Notes under the pieces: generated by a model
Database searches by the model: none
What the model was told of the DNA's origin: nothing
What the model saw: the letters and a program-made list of their open reading frames with translations, nothing else
Part shown: positions 51,312 through 63,291 of the stretch, piece by piece
Position numbering within the stretch: position 1 is the stretch's first letter
Layout: each line of letters starts with the position of its first letter
NCBI GenBank assembly: GCA_965261005.1
Contig: OZ253376.1
Span: forward strand, 1-64,000
Length of the DNA stretch: 64,000 nucleotides
Direction of reading: 5' to 3'
Origin: Deinococcus sp.
GTDB taxonomy: Bacteria > Deinococcota > Deinococci > Deinococcales > Deinococcaceae
Position numbers and translations under genes: made by a program

Positions 51312-52316
51312 TCAGGTCGGCTTGCCCTCGGCGGCGCCCACCTCATCGCGCGCCAGCGTCGGCCGGCTACCGTTTTCGCGCAGCCAGGCCAGCAGCTGGC
51401 GCAAGCTGGCGGTCGCGAGGCCGATGGAGGTGTCGGCCTGGCCGTAGTAGACGTGCAGCGTGTCGCCGTCGTCTTGCAGCGTCGTGCCGCAGGGAAAGAC
51501 GACGTTGTCCACGTCGCCGACCCGCTCGGTCAGGTCGCGCGGCCCGAAGCACCACGGGTCGCTCCTTAAGAGGCAATGGTCGGGGCGCGCGAGGTCGAAC
51601 AGCGCCAGGCCGTTGCGGTACAGCACGCCCGAGCCGGTCGTCTTGACGCCGTGGTAGATCACCAGCCAGCCTTCCGGCGTCTCGATGGGCGGGGCGGACA
51701 AACCGATCTTGCGCGCGTCCCACCACGCGCCTGCCCGCGCCTCCAAAATGGTGCGGGTGCTGCCGAAGTGGCGCAAATTCTCGCTGTAGGCGAGGTTCAT
51801 GTTGGCGCTCATAACCGTGACGGGGCGGTGAATGGCCGCCCACTGCCCGTCAATGCGGCGCGGAAACAGCGCGGCGTCCTTGTCCTCGGGGGAAAAGATC
51901 AGGCCGCGCCGCTCGAAGGTCTCGAAGTCGTGCGTCAGGGCCAGCGCCACGCCCGGCCCGTTGCGCGAGTAGGCGGTGTAGAGAACGGCGTAGACGTCCT
52001 CCTCGGGCAGGTAGGTCACGCGCGAATCCTCGACGCCCCACTCCTCCTCGGGGTGGTCGGGGTGCGGCGCCAGGGTCGGCTGTGCATCAATTTGCCAAGC
52101 GCTCACCCCGTCGCGCGAGCGCGCCGCCGTCAAATGTGACAGGCCGCGAAAGTCCTCTACGCGGCACAGCAGCAGCGTCGAGCCGTCCTTTAAGCGGGTC
52201 GCGCCCGCGTTGAATACGGAGTTGGCCGGGTAGGGCCAGTCGGCGGCGGTCAGGATGGGGTTATCGTCGGCGCGGCGAAACAGGACGGGCGCGCGCTTGC
52301 GGCCAGGAAGCGTCAT
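51312..52316 (-). CDS. GH130 glycoside hydrolase/phosphorylase
   Basis: VFNAG, GVEDSR, DKDAALFP, GDVDNVVFPCG and YYGQAD. Confidence 0.9.
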   Translation of the reverse strand: MTLPGRKRAPVLFRRADDNPILTAADWPYPANSVFNAGATRLKDGSTLLLCRVEDFRGLSHLTAARSRDGVSAWQIDAQPTLAPHPDHPEEEWGVEDSRVTYLPEEDVYAVLYTAYSRNGPGVALALTHDFETFERRGLIFSPEDKDAALFPRRIDGQWAAIHRPVTVMSANMNLAYSENLRHFGSTRTILEARAGAWWDARKIGLSAPPIETPEGWLVIYHGVKTTGSGVLYRNGLALFDLARPDHCLLRSDPWCFGPRDLTERVGDVDNVVFPCGTTLQDDGDTLHVYYGQADTSIGLATASLRQLLAWLRENGSRPTLARDEVGAAEGKPT

Positions 52317-52348
52317 GCGGCCACGCTAACACGCCGCCCCAGGGGGGG

Positions 52349-53425
52349 TTATGAAATGGACCGGGTAGGAATGGACCGGGTGGCCAGCACCTCCTGGTAG
52401 GCGCGCAGGTACCCTTCCACCATGCGCTCCCGCGAGAAGTTGGCCTCGGCGTGGGCGCGCACGGCGGCGCGGTCGAGTTCGGGCAGGGCGCGCACCCGTT
52501 CCACGGCCTGCACCTCGCCGTCCACCAGAAAGCCGCTGACGCCGTCCACGATCAGCTCCGGCATGGCGCCGCGCCGGTAGGCGACGGTCGGCGTGCCGCA
52601 GGCCATCGCCTCGGCGACCGAGAGGCCGAACGGCTCGTCGAAGTGGATCAGGTGCAACAGGCCCAGCGCGCCGCCCAGCAGCGCGTCGCGCTCCTGCGGC
52701 CCCACCGAGCCGACGAAGCGCACGTCCTCACCGAGGTGCGGCTCAACCTCACGCTCAAAGTAGGCGCGGTCCTGCACGATGCCGGCCAAAACAAGAGGCC
52801 GCCCGGCGGCGCGCGCCACCCGGATGGCGTCGGCCGTCCCTTTGTCCGGGTGGATACGGCCGAAGAACAGCAGGCACTCGCCGGCCCGGGACCGAAAGTT
52901 GAACTCCGCGAGGTCGAGGCCGTGGTGAACGGTGGCGAGGTAGCTGAGGTCCGGGTGGCGGTCCGCCCGCGAGATGCTCACAAAGTGCGTTCGCCCGTTG
53001 TAGGCGCGGTAGGCGGGCAGGATGCGCTCCCCCGAGAACCCGTGAATGGTGGTGATGGTCGGCGTCCCCACCAAGCTGGCGTAGGTCAGCGGCAAAAAGT
53101 CGTAGTGGTTGTGGATCAGGTCGAACTCGCCCGCGCGCCCGAAGGCGTGGGCCAGGTGCAGCCCTTCCCACACCTTGGCGTCCATGCCGGGGGTCTCCTC
53201 ATAAGGCGTGGGCACGACCGCGCTGAGGCTGGCCGTGGTGAGCGAGTCCGCCGTGGCGAACAGCGTCACCTTCACGCCGGCCGCCACCAAACCCTCGGTG
53301 AGCAGCGAGACCACCCGCTCCCACGGCCCGTAGTGGCGCGGCGGCACCCGCCACGCGATGGGGGCCAGCATGCCGACGCGCAGCGGACGGCCGTGAAGCG
53401 GGTGGCGGGCCAGCGGGTGAATCAG
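52349..53425 (-). CDS. GT4 glycosyltransferase (start uncertain)
   Basis: VPPRHYGPWE, GRIHPDKG and EPFGLSVAEAMACG. Confidence 0.88.
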   Translation of the reverse strand: MIHPLARHPLHGRPLRVGMLAPIAWRVPPRHYGPWERVVSLLTEGLVAAGVKVTLFATADSLTTASLSAVVPTPYEETPGMDAKVWEGLHLAHAFGRAGEFDLIHNHYDFLPLTYASLVGTPTITTIHGFSGERILPAYRAYNGRTHFVSISRADRHPDLSYLATVHHGLDLAEFNFRSRAGECLLFFGRIHPDKGTADAIRVARAAGRPLVLAGIVQDRAYFEREVEPHLGEDVRFVGSVGPQERDALLGGALGLLHLIHFDEPFGLSVAEAMACGTPTVAYRRGAMPELIVDGVSGFLVDGEVQAVERVRALPELDRAAVRAHAEANFSRERMVEGYLRAYQEVLATRSIPTRSIS

Positions 53426-55683
53426 TCGCCGCCGATGATCTGCCGCGCGCCATCCAGGGCGGTTCCCGCCGCGACAGCCCCCAATTCTGCGGCCCCCAAT
53501 TCCGCCACGCTGAGCCACAGCGCCAGGGTGCTCTCGGCGCCCTGGTTGGCGTTGGCGCGGTCGCGGTGGAGGCCGTCGCGGCTGCCGCCGGTCGCGGCGT
53601 CGTGCAGCGGCAGTTGCAGCGCGTTGCGGCCCAGCAGCCACTCGGCCGCGCGCCGGGCAAAGGTGAGCCACGGCGCGTCGCCGCATGCGCGGTACGCCTC
53701 CGCGCTCGCCGCCACCGCCGCGTAGGCTTCGATGGGCTGGCCGTCCCACAGCGGGCGCGCCTCGCCGCTGCGGTACAGGCGCTCGGAGCCGACCGGCAAA
53801 AAAGCGCCGTCTGGCCCGCTCTGCTGCTCTTCGAGCCAGCGCAGCGCCCCGAGACCAAGCTCCAGCGCGTCCGCGTCCCCGAACACGCGGCCGTAAGCGA
53901 TCAGGCCGTGGGGCAGCTTGGCGTTGCTGTAGCTGAGGTACGGCTCGAACCAGGGCCACGTGGGCGTGGCCATCTCTGCATACAGCCGCCGGAGATTGGC
54001 CGCGTAGCCGCGCGCCAGCGCCGCGCGCCCCCCGTCGTAGCCCACGTGCTCGGCGTGGTCCGAGAGGGCGATCAGCGCGAGGGCCTGTGCCCGCGGGCTT
54101 TCCAAGTTCTCCAGGGCGCCCCAAGCGCGGCCCAGCACCTCGCCCGCCGCGCCGCGCAGGCCGGAATCATTCAGCCGGTGCGCCGCCGCCGCGAGGGCGC
54201 GCACCGCTCGCGCCTGCGCGTTCTCGCCGCCCACGTCGTCCAGCCAGCGGCGGTCGTAGCTCATGAAGTTGTGGAACTTGCCGTTTTCAGGATTCAGGGC
54301 GAAGTGCAAAAAGCCAAGGTAGCGCCGGGCGAGGTCGGAGGCGCGGGGATCACGCTGCGTGAGCGCGACCAGGTGCAGGGCGCGGGCGTTGTCGTCGGTG
54401 GTGTAGCCCTCGTGCGGGTTGGCGACCGCGACCGTCGCGTGCTGCAAGATGCCGGTGCCGTCGGTCAGGGCGGCGACGTGCGCCAAGGTCAGCTTTGGCA
54501 GCGCCAGCGGACGCGCGGGCAGGGCGCGGGCGCGCAGGGCCGCCCCGAACAGGTCGGCGTAGGCCGCGCCCACCGAGGGCCAGCGCATCCCCTCGCCGTA
54601 GGCGCGGGCGCGCGCCTCTATCTCGGCGCGGCGCCCGGGGTCATCCAGCAGGGCAGTCAAGGCTGCGGCCAACGCCGCCGGGTCCCGGAACGGCACCAGC
54701 ACGCCGCGCCCGTCCGCCAGCAGCTCCTCGGCGTGCCAGTACGGCGTGCTGATCACCGCCTTGCCGCTGCCCAGCGCGTAGGCCAGCGTGCCGGACGTGA
54801 TCTGCTCGCGGTTCAGGTAGGGGGTCAAGTAGACGTCCGCCGCCGCGAGAGAACGGGTCAGCTCCTCCAGGTCGCTGAACTTGTCGTCGAAGCGCAGGTG
54901 ATCCGAAACGCCCAACTCGCTTGCCAATTGGACCAGACTTTCGCGGTACGCCTCGCCCTCGCGCTCGCGCAGGTTCGGGTGGGTGGCGCCCAGCACCAGG
55001 TAAGTCAGCTCGGGATGAACCGCCACGACCTCGGGCAGGGCGCGAATGGCGGTCTCGATGCCCTTGTTGGGGGACAGCAAACCGAAGGTGAGAACCACCG
55101 TGCGCCCGGACAACCCCAGCCGCGCCTTTTCGGTCTCCCTGTCGGCCGTCACGTCGGGAATGCCGTGCGGAATCAGCGCGATCTTTTCCCCCGGCACGCC
55201 CTGAGCGCACAGAAAGTCCACCGCCCGCGCGCTCATCACGACCAAGCGGGCCGACAGCGCCGTCAGCTCCTCGACCACGGCCAATTGCTCGGGCGTGTAG
55301 CGCTCCAGCACGGTGTGCAGCGTGGTCACGATGGGGACCTTCACGCGGCGCAGCAGCGTCAGCAGGTAGCTGCCCGCCGGCCCGCCGTAGATACCAAACT
55401 CATGCTGCACGCACAGCACGTCTATGTTCATGGCGTTCAGCTCGTCCGCCGCCCGCGCATACTGGGCGAGGTCATCCTGCTCAATGGTCAGGCGCACCCG
55501 AGACGGGTAGGCGTAGGTATGCCCGTCGTTCATGGCGACCACGAACACGTCGGCGTCCGGGCGCGCCCCCCCAATGGCGTCCGCGAGGTCGGCGCTGAAG
55601 GTGGCGATGCCGCATCGGCGCGGCGTGTGGTTGCCAAGAATGGCGATCCGGTGGTGAAGTTCGCTGCGGCGCGGTGAGGTCAT
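53422..55683 (-). CDS. GT4 glycosyltransferase fused to a C-terminal alpha/alpha-barrel-like domain
   Basis: CGIATF, QHEFGIYGG, GLLSPNKG and SGTLAY; GYTTDDNARAL and NQGAESTL. Confidence 0.88.
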   Translation of the reverse strand: MTSPRRSELHHRIAILGNHTPRRCGIATFSADLADAIGGARPDADVFVVAMNDGHTYAYPSRVRLTIEQDDLAQYARAADELNAMNIDVLCVQHEFGIYGGPAGSYLLTLLRRVKVPIVTTLHTVLERYTPEQLAVVEELTALSARLVVMSARAVDFLCAQGVPGEKIALIPHGIPDVTADRETEKARLGLSGRTVVLTFGLLSPNKGIETAIRALPEVVAVHPELTYLVLGATHPNLREREGEAYRESLVQLASELGVSDHLRFDDKFSDLEELTRSLAAADVYLTPYLNREQITSGTLAYALGSGKAVISTPYWHAEELLADGRGVLVPFRDPAALAAALTALLDDPGRRAEIEARARAYGEGMRWPSVGAAYADLFGAALRARALPARPLALPKLTLAHVAALTDGTGILQHATVAVANPHEGYTTDDNARALHLVALTQRDPRASDLARRYLGFLHFALNPENGKFHNFMSYDRRWLDDVGGENAQARAVRALAAAAHRLNDSGLRGAAGEVLGRAWGALENLESPRAQALALIALSDHAEHVGYDGGRAALARGYAANLRRLYAEMATPTWPWFEPYLSYSNAKLPHGLIAYGRVFGDADALELGLGALRWLEEQQSGPDGAFLPVGSERLYRSGEARPLWDGQPIEAYAAVAASAEAYRACGDAPWLTFARRAAEWLLGRNALQLPLHDAATGGSRDGLHRDRANANQGAESTLALWLSVAELGAAELGAVAAGTALDGARQIIGGD

Positions 55684-55970
55684 GGCACTTCCATTTCTGT
55701 GATCGGCCGCTTCGGTGGGAAACGGCGCAACATGTCTATCAGTCTGAACGCCGAGTGTGCGAAATCTCATGAGAAGACGTAAAGCAGGCTTTAGCGATAG
55801 GGCGCCCGTGAAAGCTAGACCGACACTCCCTTCCGCCGCTTCCGACGTCCAACAAGGGGTCGATGTCGCGTGTCCGGAGAAGCACACCCTGACTTTGCGC
55901 GTGAGCGGCGGCGCGAAGTTGACGCTGGACGGCGCCCGGGTGGATTTGGGACGCTGAGCGCCCTTTCCCA

Positions 55971-56408
55971 TCACCCCGGTTGAGGATGGGTCCAGGGATC
56001 GTAGACGGCAACGGGAAAGGGGGCGAAGTCGGCGACGTTGCGCGTCACCAGGGTCAGGCGGTGAACGCTGGCGGTGGCGGCGATCAAGGCGTCCACGGCG
56101 ACGCCGGTGCGGGCGCGGGCGGCGGGCAAGGCCATCAAGCGGCCCCACTCGGTCACCACGCTCAGGTCAACGGGCAGAACACGGCCTCGATAATCAGGCA
56201 GCAGGCGAGCGTCAAGCCAGCTTCGCAAATCGCGGGCACGGCGGGTGTCGCCCGCCAAAGTGATCCCAAGCTCTATCTCGCCGACCGTCATGATGCTGAG
56301 GTGCATGTCGTGCAGAGAATGGGCCTCCAGAAAGGCGGTCAAGCCCGCATGACGCTGTGGCTTGGTGGCCTCGCTGACCACATTTGTGTCGAGGAGATAG
56401 CCGCTCAC
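55971..56408 (-). CDS. vapC: PIN-domain toxin
   Basis: LLDTNVVSE, DALIAATA and LVTRNVADF. Confidence 0.92.
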   Translation of the reverse strand: MSGYLLDTNVVSEATKPQRHAGLTAFLEAHSLHDMHLSIMTVGEIELGITLAGDTRRARDLRSWLDARLLPDYRGRVLPVDLSVVTEWGRLMALPAARARTGVAVDALIAATASVHRLTLVTRNVADFAPFPVAVYDPWTHPQPG

Positions 56409-56665
56409 CAATCGAGGTCGCGGGCGTCTGCGCGCGGGTGGCGGTCGAGTCCGAGGTCGGCGAGGTCAACATCGAGGTCTGGGGCGCCCTCGAAGGTGTC
56501 AAGGGCGCTCCGAACGTTCCCCGTCAAGCGGTCATACTCCTCCGGCGACAGCAGCACGCCCGCCCGCTTGCCGTGGCGCGTGACGACTTGCGGCTCATGC
56601 TCGGCGTCACGGATCAGCTGCGACAGGTGCGCCTTGGCGTCCTCCAGCTTCCAGGTTTTGGTCAT
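56405..56665 (-). CDS. Phd/YefM-family antitoxin
   Basis: DAKAHLSQLI...PQVVTRHGK; overlaps the toxin start. Confidence 0.9.
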   Translation of the reverse strand: MTKTWKLEDAKAHLSQLIRDAEHEPQVVTRHGKRAGVLLSPEEYDRLTGNVRSALDTFEGAPDLDVDLADLGLDRHPRADARDLDW

Positions 56666-56754
56666 CCCCTCCCCTTTCTGGTTGTTCTGTCCAGATTCTA
56701 CAGCGTTGGTCGGGATTCAAGCGGCCAGCCCGCGCCCCGGCGTAGAGTCAGGTC

Positions 56755-57741
56755 ATGAAGATTCTGTTCGTCGGCGGCAGCGGCATTATCAGCTCGGCCT
56801 GCTCGCGCCTCGCCGCAGCGCGCGGCATGGAGCTGTACCTGCTCAACCGGGGCCAAAGTGAGCGCCCGGTCCCGCAGGCAGCCCACCTGTTGCGGGGCGA
56901 CATCCGCGACCGGGCCTCGGCGGAGGAAGCGCTGGGCGACCTCAGCTTCGACGCGGTGGTGAACTGGGTCGCCTTCACGCCGGAGCACGTCCAGGCCGAT
57001 ATGGACCTGCTCAGGGACCGGACGGGGCAGTACGTCTTCATCAGCTCGGCCTCGGCCTACCAGACGCCGCCGGCCAGCCTCCCCATCACGGAGTCCACCC
57101 CGCTGCGCAACCCTTACTGGCAATATTCCCGCGACAAGATCGCCTGCGAGGAGTTGCTGACGCGGGCCTACCGCGACGAGGGCTTTCCCATGACCGTCGT
57201 GCGGCCGTCGCACACCTATGACCGGACGCTGTTGCCGATGGACGGCGGCTACACAGTCGTGGACCGCATGCGGCGCGGGAAACAGGTGATCGTCCACGGT
57301 GACGGCACCTCGCTGTGGACCCTGACCCACCACGACGACTTCGCGCTGGGCTTCGTCGGGTTGCTGGGCAACCCGCACGCCCTCGGCGAGACCTACCAGA
57401 TCACCTCCGATGAGCTGCTGACCTGGAACCAGATCTTCGAGATCGTGGCGCACGCGGCGGGCGCGCGGGCCAGGATCGTCCACGTCCCGTCGGAGACCAT
57501 CGCCGCCTACGACCCTACCTGGGGCGCCGGCCTGCTGGGCGACAAGACCCACAGCGTCATCTTCGACAACGCCAAGATCAAGCGGGCCGTGCCCGAGTAC
57601 ACGGCGACCATCCCCTTCGCGCGCGGGGCCGGGGAGATCATGGCTTGGCACGACGCCGATTCGGCGCGGCAGAAGGTGGACGGGGACTTGGACCAGTTGA
57701 TGGACCGGATCATCGCCGCGCAGGAGGGCGCGCGGCCGTGA
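56755..57741 (+). CDS. NAD-dependent epimerase/dehydratase
   Basis: GGSGIIS, ISSASAY and YSRDK. Confidence 0.9.
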   Translation: MKILFVGGSGIISSACSRLAAARGMELYLLNRGQSERPVPQAAHLLRGDIRDRASAEEALGDLSFDAVVNWVAFTPEHVQADMDLLRDRTGQYVFISSASAYQTPPASLPITESTPLRNPYWQYSRDKIACEELLTRAYRDEGFPMTVVRPSHTYDRTLLPMDGGYTVVDRMRRGKQVIVHGDGTSLWTLTHHDDFALGFVGLLGNPHALGETYQITSDELLTWNQIFEIVAHAAGARARIVHVPSETIAAYDPTWGAGLLGDKTHSVIFDNAKIKRAVPEYTATIPFARGAGEIMAWHDADSARQKVDGDLDQLMDRIIAAQEGARP

Positions 57742-57793
57742 ACATGGTGGGCGGCGTTCAGCTCGGCACCTAAAGCGTCCACCACCGTTCGCG

Positions 57794-58606
57794 TCAGCCC
57801 TGGTCTGTCGGGGTTGTCTCGCCCATACCGCCTTCGGCCAGCGTATAGACGGCGAGCTTGAGGGCGGGGTCGTCGTTGGCCTGAAAGGTCGCGTATTCGT
57901 AGCGCAGCCGGCCCTCCGACGCATGGTGCAGGCACTTCTGGCCCGAGGTCGCCGGGCGAACGTCGTGGTCTTCCCACCAGGCGGCGAATTCGGGACTGCC
58001 TTCCCGCAGCTCCCCGATCAAGTCGAGAAAGGCCCGGTCCTCGGCCCACAGGTCGAAGGTGGCACGGAACTGGGCCACCATGCGCCGGCCCTCGTCCGCC
58101 CAGCTCGACCCGAACAGCCGCTTGGCCCTGGGGTTCAGAAACATATAGACCAGGATGTTGCCCTCCACCTCATTCGGCTCCTCAAACCCAAACAGGGCCT
58201 GCGCGGCGGCGTTCCAAGCCAAGAGGTCCCAGCGCCGCCCGGTGACATAAGCCGGCCCGGGCAAACTGACCACCAAGCGCCGAATGGCCTCAGGCACCTG
58301 CTCGCGCGCGAAGGCCCGGCGCGCGGGGTCGCGGGCCAGCGCGTTCAGGTGGACCCGTTCGGCCTGGCCGAGGCGCAGCGCGCGGGCGAGGGCTTCCACC
58401 GTGGCGGCCGACGGCCTCACGGCGCGGCCTTGTTCCAGCCGGATATACCAGTCCACGCCGATGCCCGCGAGTTCGGCGACCTCCTCGCGCCGCAAACCCG
58501 GCGTCCTGCGTCTGCGCCCGCCCGCAAGGCCCACGGCCTGAGGGGTCAGCTTTTCGCGCCGCGACCGCAGAAAGTCGCCCAGTCCAGTTCGAATCGCGTC
58601 CGCCAT
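57794..58606 (-). CDS. XRE/MmyB-like transcriptional regulator
   Basis: RRRTPGLRREEVA, WYIRLEQGR and SPEFAAWW. Confidence 0.92.
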   Translation of the reverse strand: MADAIRTGLGDFLRSRREKLTPQAVGLAGGRRRRTPGLRREEVAELAGIGVDWYIRLEQGRAVRPSAATVEALARALRLGQAERVHLNALARDPARRAFAREQVPEAIRRLVVSLPGPAYVTGRRWDLLAWNAAAQALFGFEEPNEVEGNILVYMFLNPRAKRLFGSSWADEGRRMVAQFRATFDLWAEDRAFLDLIGELREGSPEFAAWWEDHDVRPATSGQKCLHHASEGRLRYEYATFQANDDPALKLAVYTLAEGGMGETTPTDQG

Positions 58607-58712
58607 TGCCCCACTGTAGCGCCAAGGTAGGACCCCATGGTCCCAGGATCATCCCGGGCCTGGACGAAGGCGGACGGCCTGAGAAAATATGTCCAGCACA
58701 AGGAGGCTCAAA

Positions 58713-59792
58713 ATGAAAGCTGCCGTGTTGAACGCCTTCGGCTCGCCCCTGGTGACCGAACAGACACCCGACCCCGTGTTGGGCACGGGCGAGGTCATCG
58801 TGGACGTCGTGGCGGCCCCGGTGCTGCCTTACATGAACGAGGTGCTGAGCGGCCAGCGCCAGTACCTGCTGGACCTTCCGCAGGTGCCGGGCGCTGGGGC
58901 CATCGGCCGGGTGCGCGCCCTCGGGCCGGACGCGACACACCTGAGGGTGGGCGACTGGGTGCTGTGCGACCCCACCGTGCGCTCGCGCGACGACGCGCTG
59001 ACGCCCGACATCACCTTGCAGGGCCTGAGCGCCCGCGGCGAGGGCGGCCTGAAGCTGCAACGCTATTACCGGGACGGTTCCTTCGCCGAGCAGATGCGCT
59101 TACCCACCGAAAACGCCATTCCCATCGGCGAGATCAACCCGGCAGACGCGGGGCGCTGGTGCGCGGTAAGCACGGCCCTGGTCCCTTACGGCGGGCTGCT
59201 CGCGGCGGACCTCCAGGCGGGCGAGACGGTGCTGGTCAGCGGGGCCAGCGGGCACTTCGGCGGCGCGGGCGTGGCCGTGGCCCTGGCAATGGGCGCGGGA
59301 TGTGTCGTCGCGCCGGGCCGCAACGAACGGGCGCTCGACGACCTGACGCGGCGCTTCGGGCCTCGTGTGCGGACCGTGCGGCTTTCCGGAACCGAGGAGG
59401 AGGACCGAGAGAAGATGCGCCAAACCGCCCCCGGTCCCATCGACTGCGTGCTGGACATCCTGCCGCCCTCGGCTCCGACCACGGCGGTGCGGGCCGCCGC
59501 GATGACGGTGCGCCAGGGTGGCCGGGTCGTGCTGATGGGCGGCGTCGGCATGTTGGGCGGGGAGGGACTGAACCTGCCCTACCCCTGGATCATGCGAAAC
59601 AACATTCGCGTCATCGGCCAGTGGATGTACCCGAGGGAGGCGAACGTCCGCCTGACCGCCCTGATCAGCGCCGGACTGCTGCAGCTGGACGAGTTCGAGG
59701 TAACGACCTTCAGTCTGGACGACGCCAACGCAGCCGTCGCGTTCGCGGCGGAAAACGGCGGCCCCTTCAGGATGACGGTAATTCAACCCTGA
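58713..59792 (+). CDS. MDR (zinc-binding alcohol dehydrogenase-family) oxidoreductase
   Basis: GroES-like N-terminus; GASGHFG; AAGGAGG RBS. Confidence 0.85.
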   Translation: MKAAVLNAFGSPLVTEQTPDPVLGTGEVIVDVVAAPVLPYMNEVLSGQRQYLLDLPQVPGAGAIGRVRALGPDATHLRVGDWVLCDPTVRSRDDALTPDITLQGLSARGEGGLKLQRYYRDGSFAEQMRLPTENAIPIGEINPADAGRWCAVSTALVPYGGLLAADLQAGETVLVSGASGHFGGAGVAVALAMGAGCVVAPGRNERALDDLTRRFGPRVRTVRLSGTEEEDREKMRQTAPGPIDCVLDILPPSAPTTAVRAAAMTVRQGGRVVLMGGVGMLGGEGLNLPYPWIMRNNIRVIGQWMYPREANVRLTALISAGLLQLDEFEVTTFSLDDANAAVAFAAENGGPFRMTVIQP

Positions 59793-59951
59793 GCACGGGG
59801 CCTGAGAGCGGATTGGGCGGGAGGACGAGCGGGAGAACGTCAGCAAAAATCGGCCCCGCATCCGAAAACGGCGCCAACCCCGCCCGCGAAACCCCATCAA
59901 CCTTGCTTTTTGTCGGGCGAAGTGTGAACATGCGGCCAGAATTCCTGTAAC

Positions 59952-60699
59952 TGCTACGACGCGCCCTGCCTGCACGCCTGCCTGACCCACATCGACATCC
60001 CGACCTTTATCCGCAAGATCGCCACCGACAATTTGCGCGGCTCGGCGCGCACCATTTTGGAGTCGAACTTCCTGGGCGGCACCTGCGGGCGGGTCTGCCC
60101 GGTCGAGGAGCTGTGCGAGGGGACCTGCGTGTTGAACCAGGAACACGTCAAGCCCATTCAGATCGGGCGGCTTCAGCGTTACGCCGTGGATGAGCTGTGG
60201 GCGCCCACCGGCCACAAGGTCGCGGTGGTGGGCGGCGGGCCGGCGGGCCTTTCCTGCGCAGCGGAACTCGCCAAGCTGGGCCACGCGGTCACGCTGCTGG
60301 AGGGGCGGTCCCTCGGCGGCGGGCTGTCCACCTACGGCATCGTCGTGCTGCGCGAGCCAATCGAGGTGGCGCTGCGCGAGGTGGCGTCGCTGCGCCGCCT
60401 GGGCGTGGACGTGCGCGAGAACAGCGCCATCGAGACGGCCGAAGAATTTGAAACGCTGCTGGAAGGCTTCGACGCGGTCTTTCTGGCGCTCGGGCTGGGC
60501 GCGGTGCCGGCGCTGGGGATGCCAGGGGAGGAGCACGCGCAAGACGGCCTGGCGTTCATCGAGGCCAGCAAGCTCGACCCCGAACATCTGCACGTCGGTC
60601 AGAACGTCGCGGTGATCGGCGCGGGCAACACCGCCGTGGACGCGGCGACCATCGCCGCCCGCCTCGGCGCGCGGACGACCATGATTTACCGCCGGGGCG
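59952..60699 (+). pseudogene. preT: PreT/GltD-like Fe-S flavoprotein fragment
   Basis: CYDAPC, CGRVCPVEELCEGTC, GGGPAG and GAGNTAVD; no start codon; ends at YRRGE. Confidence 0.75.
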
Positions 60700-61883
<1,184 letters not shown>

Positions 61884-61886
61884 GCC

Positions 61887-62486
61887 TCATTCGCACAGCC
61901 GCCGTGCCCGGACCAGCGCTCCGAGCGCGCTCACGGCCGCTTCCGGACGCGGGCCGAAGTTGACCGCGCTGGGATGTGGGCAGCTCAGGACTTGAAACGC
62001 TGGGGACGACCCGTCGGCCACGAACGGCCAGCCCCGCTTGGCTCGGTCGCCCAGCAAAACCACCGCCCGCAACTTTGGCAGCAGGCTCAACAGTTCGCGG
62101 GTGGCGGGGGCAGCTTCTCGCAGCTGCCGCTCCGTTGGCGCCACCACGCCGTCCCCGCTCAGCTGCCACGGCACGCTGTTCCAAAGCAGGACCTTCTTGC
62201 GGTTCAGCCCCGCCAATCTCAAGAGGCAGCTCATGTTCTCGGCGGTCGCGTCCGGGTTGTCGAGCGAAACAAAGCCGGTCGAGCTGACCTTCGGCCCCGG
62301 TGACTCCAGCAGCAGCAGGATGAACGCGCTGACGCCACCGCTCGCCGGGTCGAAGTCGGGCGCCCACAGGCCCGAGCTTTGACGGAGCCGCCCGGCGAAG
62401 GCCGTCAGCGGCGCAATGTGCGCCTCGCTGAGCTGCTCACGCCGCGCCGCGAGAACCGGCGGGTCGGCCAAGGTTCGGGTCTGCAT
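61887..62486 (-). CDS. Uracil-DNA glycosylase-superfamily protein
   Basis: LLESPG, WNSVPW, VLLG and PHPS. Confidence 0.85.
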   Translation of the reverse strand: MQTRTLADPPVLAARREQLSEAHIAPLTAFAGRLRQSSGLWAPDFDPASGGVSAFILLLLESPGPKVSSTGFVSLDNPDATAENMSCLLRLAGLNRKKVLLWNSVPWQLSGDGVVAPTERQLREAAPATRELLSLLPKLRAVVLLGDRAKRGWPFVADGSSPAFQVLSCPHPSAVNFGPRPEAAVSALGALVRARRLCE

Positions 62487-62513
62487 GGGTTGAGTCTAGG
62501 CCGAAGGCGGCCC

Positions 62514-63221
62514 CTACAGCGCCGTCAGCTCCCGCACGCTGACGAAGTTCGGGACGCCCAGCGCGCGGGCGCGCTGGGTGGCCGCGCGGCGGTGGTGCGG
62601 CCTGAGCGCGTAGTCGAGAGCGAACACGTCCAGGTTGTGCGCCCGCACCCGCTCCAGCATCGCCCCGGTGTAGGCGAGTTCGTCGGGGCGCAGCTCGCGG
62701 TAGCCGTCTTCCCAGGACGTGGTGAACGACTCGATCAGCACGCCGTTGACGGCGCGGCCCAGTTCGGGCAGCAGATCGAAGCCGCGGTTGGCCAGCAGGT
62801 ACGCTGCCGGAAAGCATTTTCGCAGCGAACGAACCGCGCGCAGCAGCGGCGTCCGCTCGGTGGGAAACAGCACGCTGCCGTCCAGGGTGTCGAGGAACAG
62901 CCCGCTGCAATGCTCCAAGTACTGCCCGGCCTGGTTGTGCAAGTGCGCGCGCCAAGCGGGGTGGCCGACCTTGACGTACCAGGTGTTCCAGGCGGGGTTG
63001 CGCCGCCTGCGCGACCACGCCGACGGCTCCGGGTTGGGGTCCTCACCCACGCTGAGGTACGCGAGAACGTTGACCCCCTGCGCGCGCAGCCACCGCAACT
63101 CGTGTCCCTGGTAGTGGGCCGGCTGCACCACAACCGTGCGGTACGCCACCAGCTTGCTGATGTGTTCGTGGCCGTAATAGACCGCGAAGGATTTTTTGGG
63201 CGTCTCGGAAAGGCTGGGCAT
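62514..63221 (-). CDS. GH114/PelA-like endo-alpha-1,4-polygalactosaminidase
   Basis: AYLSVGED, GLFLDTLD, ANRGF, LIES and ALDY. Confidence 0.82.
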   Translation of the reverse strand: MPSLSETPKKSFAVYYGHEHISKLVAYRTVVVQPAHYQGHELRWLRAQGVNVLAYLSVGEDPNPEPSAWSRRRRNPAWNTWYVKVGHPAWRAHLHNQAGQYLEHCSGLFLDTLDGSVLFPTERTPLLRAVRSLRKCFPAAYLLANRGFDLLPELGRAVNGVLIESFTTSWEDGYRELRPDELAYTGAMLERVRAHNLDVFALDYALRPHHRRAATQRARALGVPNFVSVRELTAL

Positions 63222-63291
63222 GCAATGGCCTCCAAAATGGCGTGGGCGTCCAGGGTGGACCGACTTTCGCGGTCCGCCCCGGAGCGCTTTA

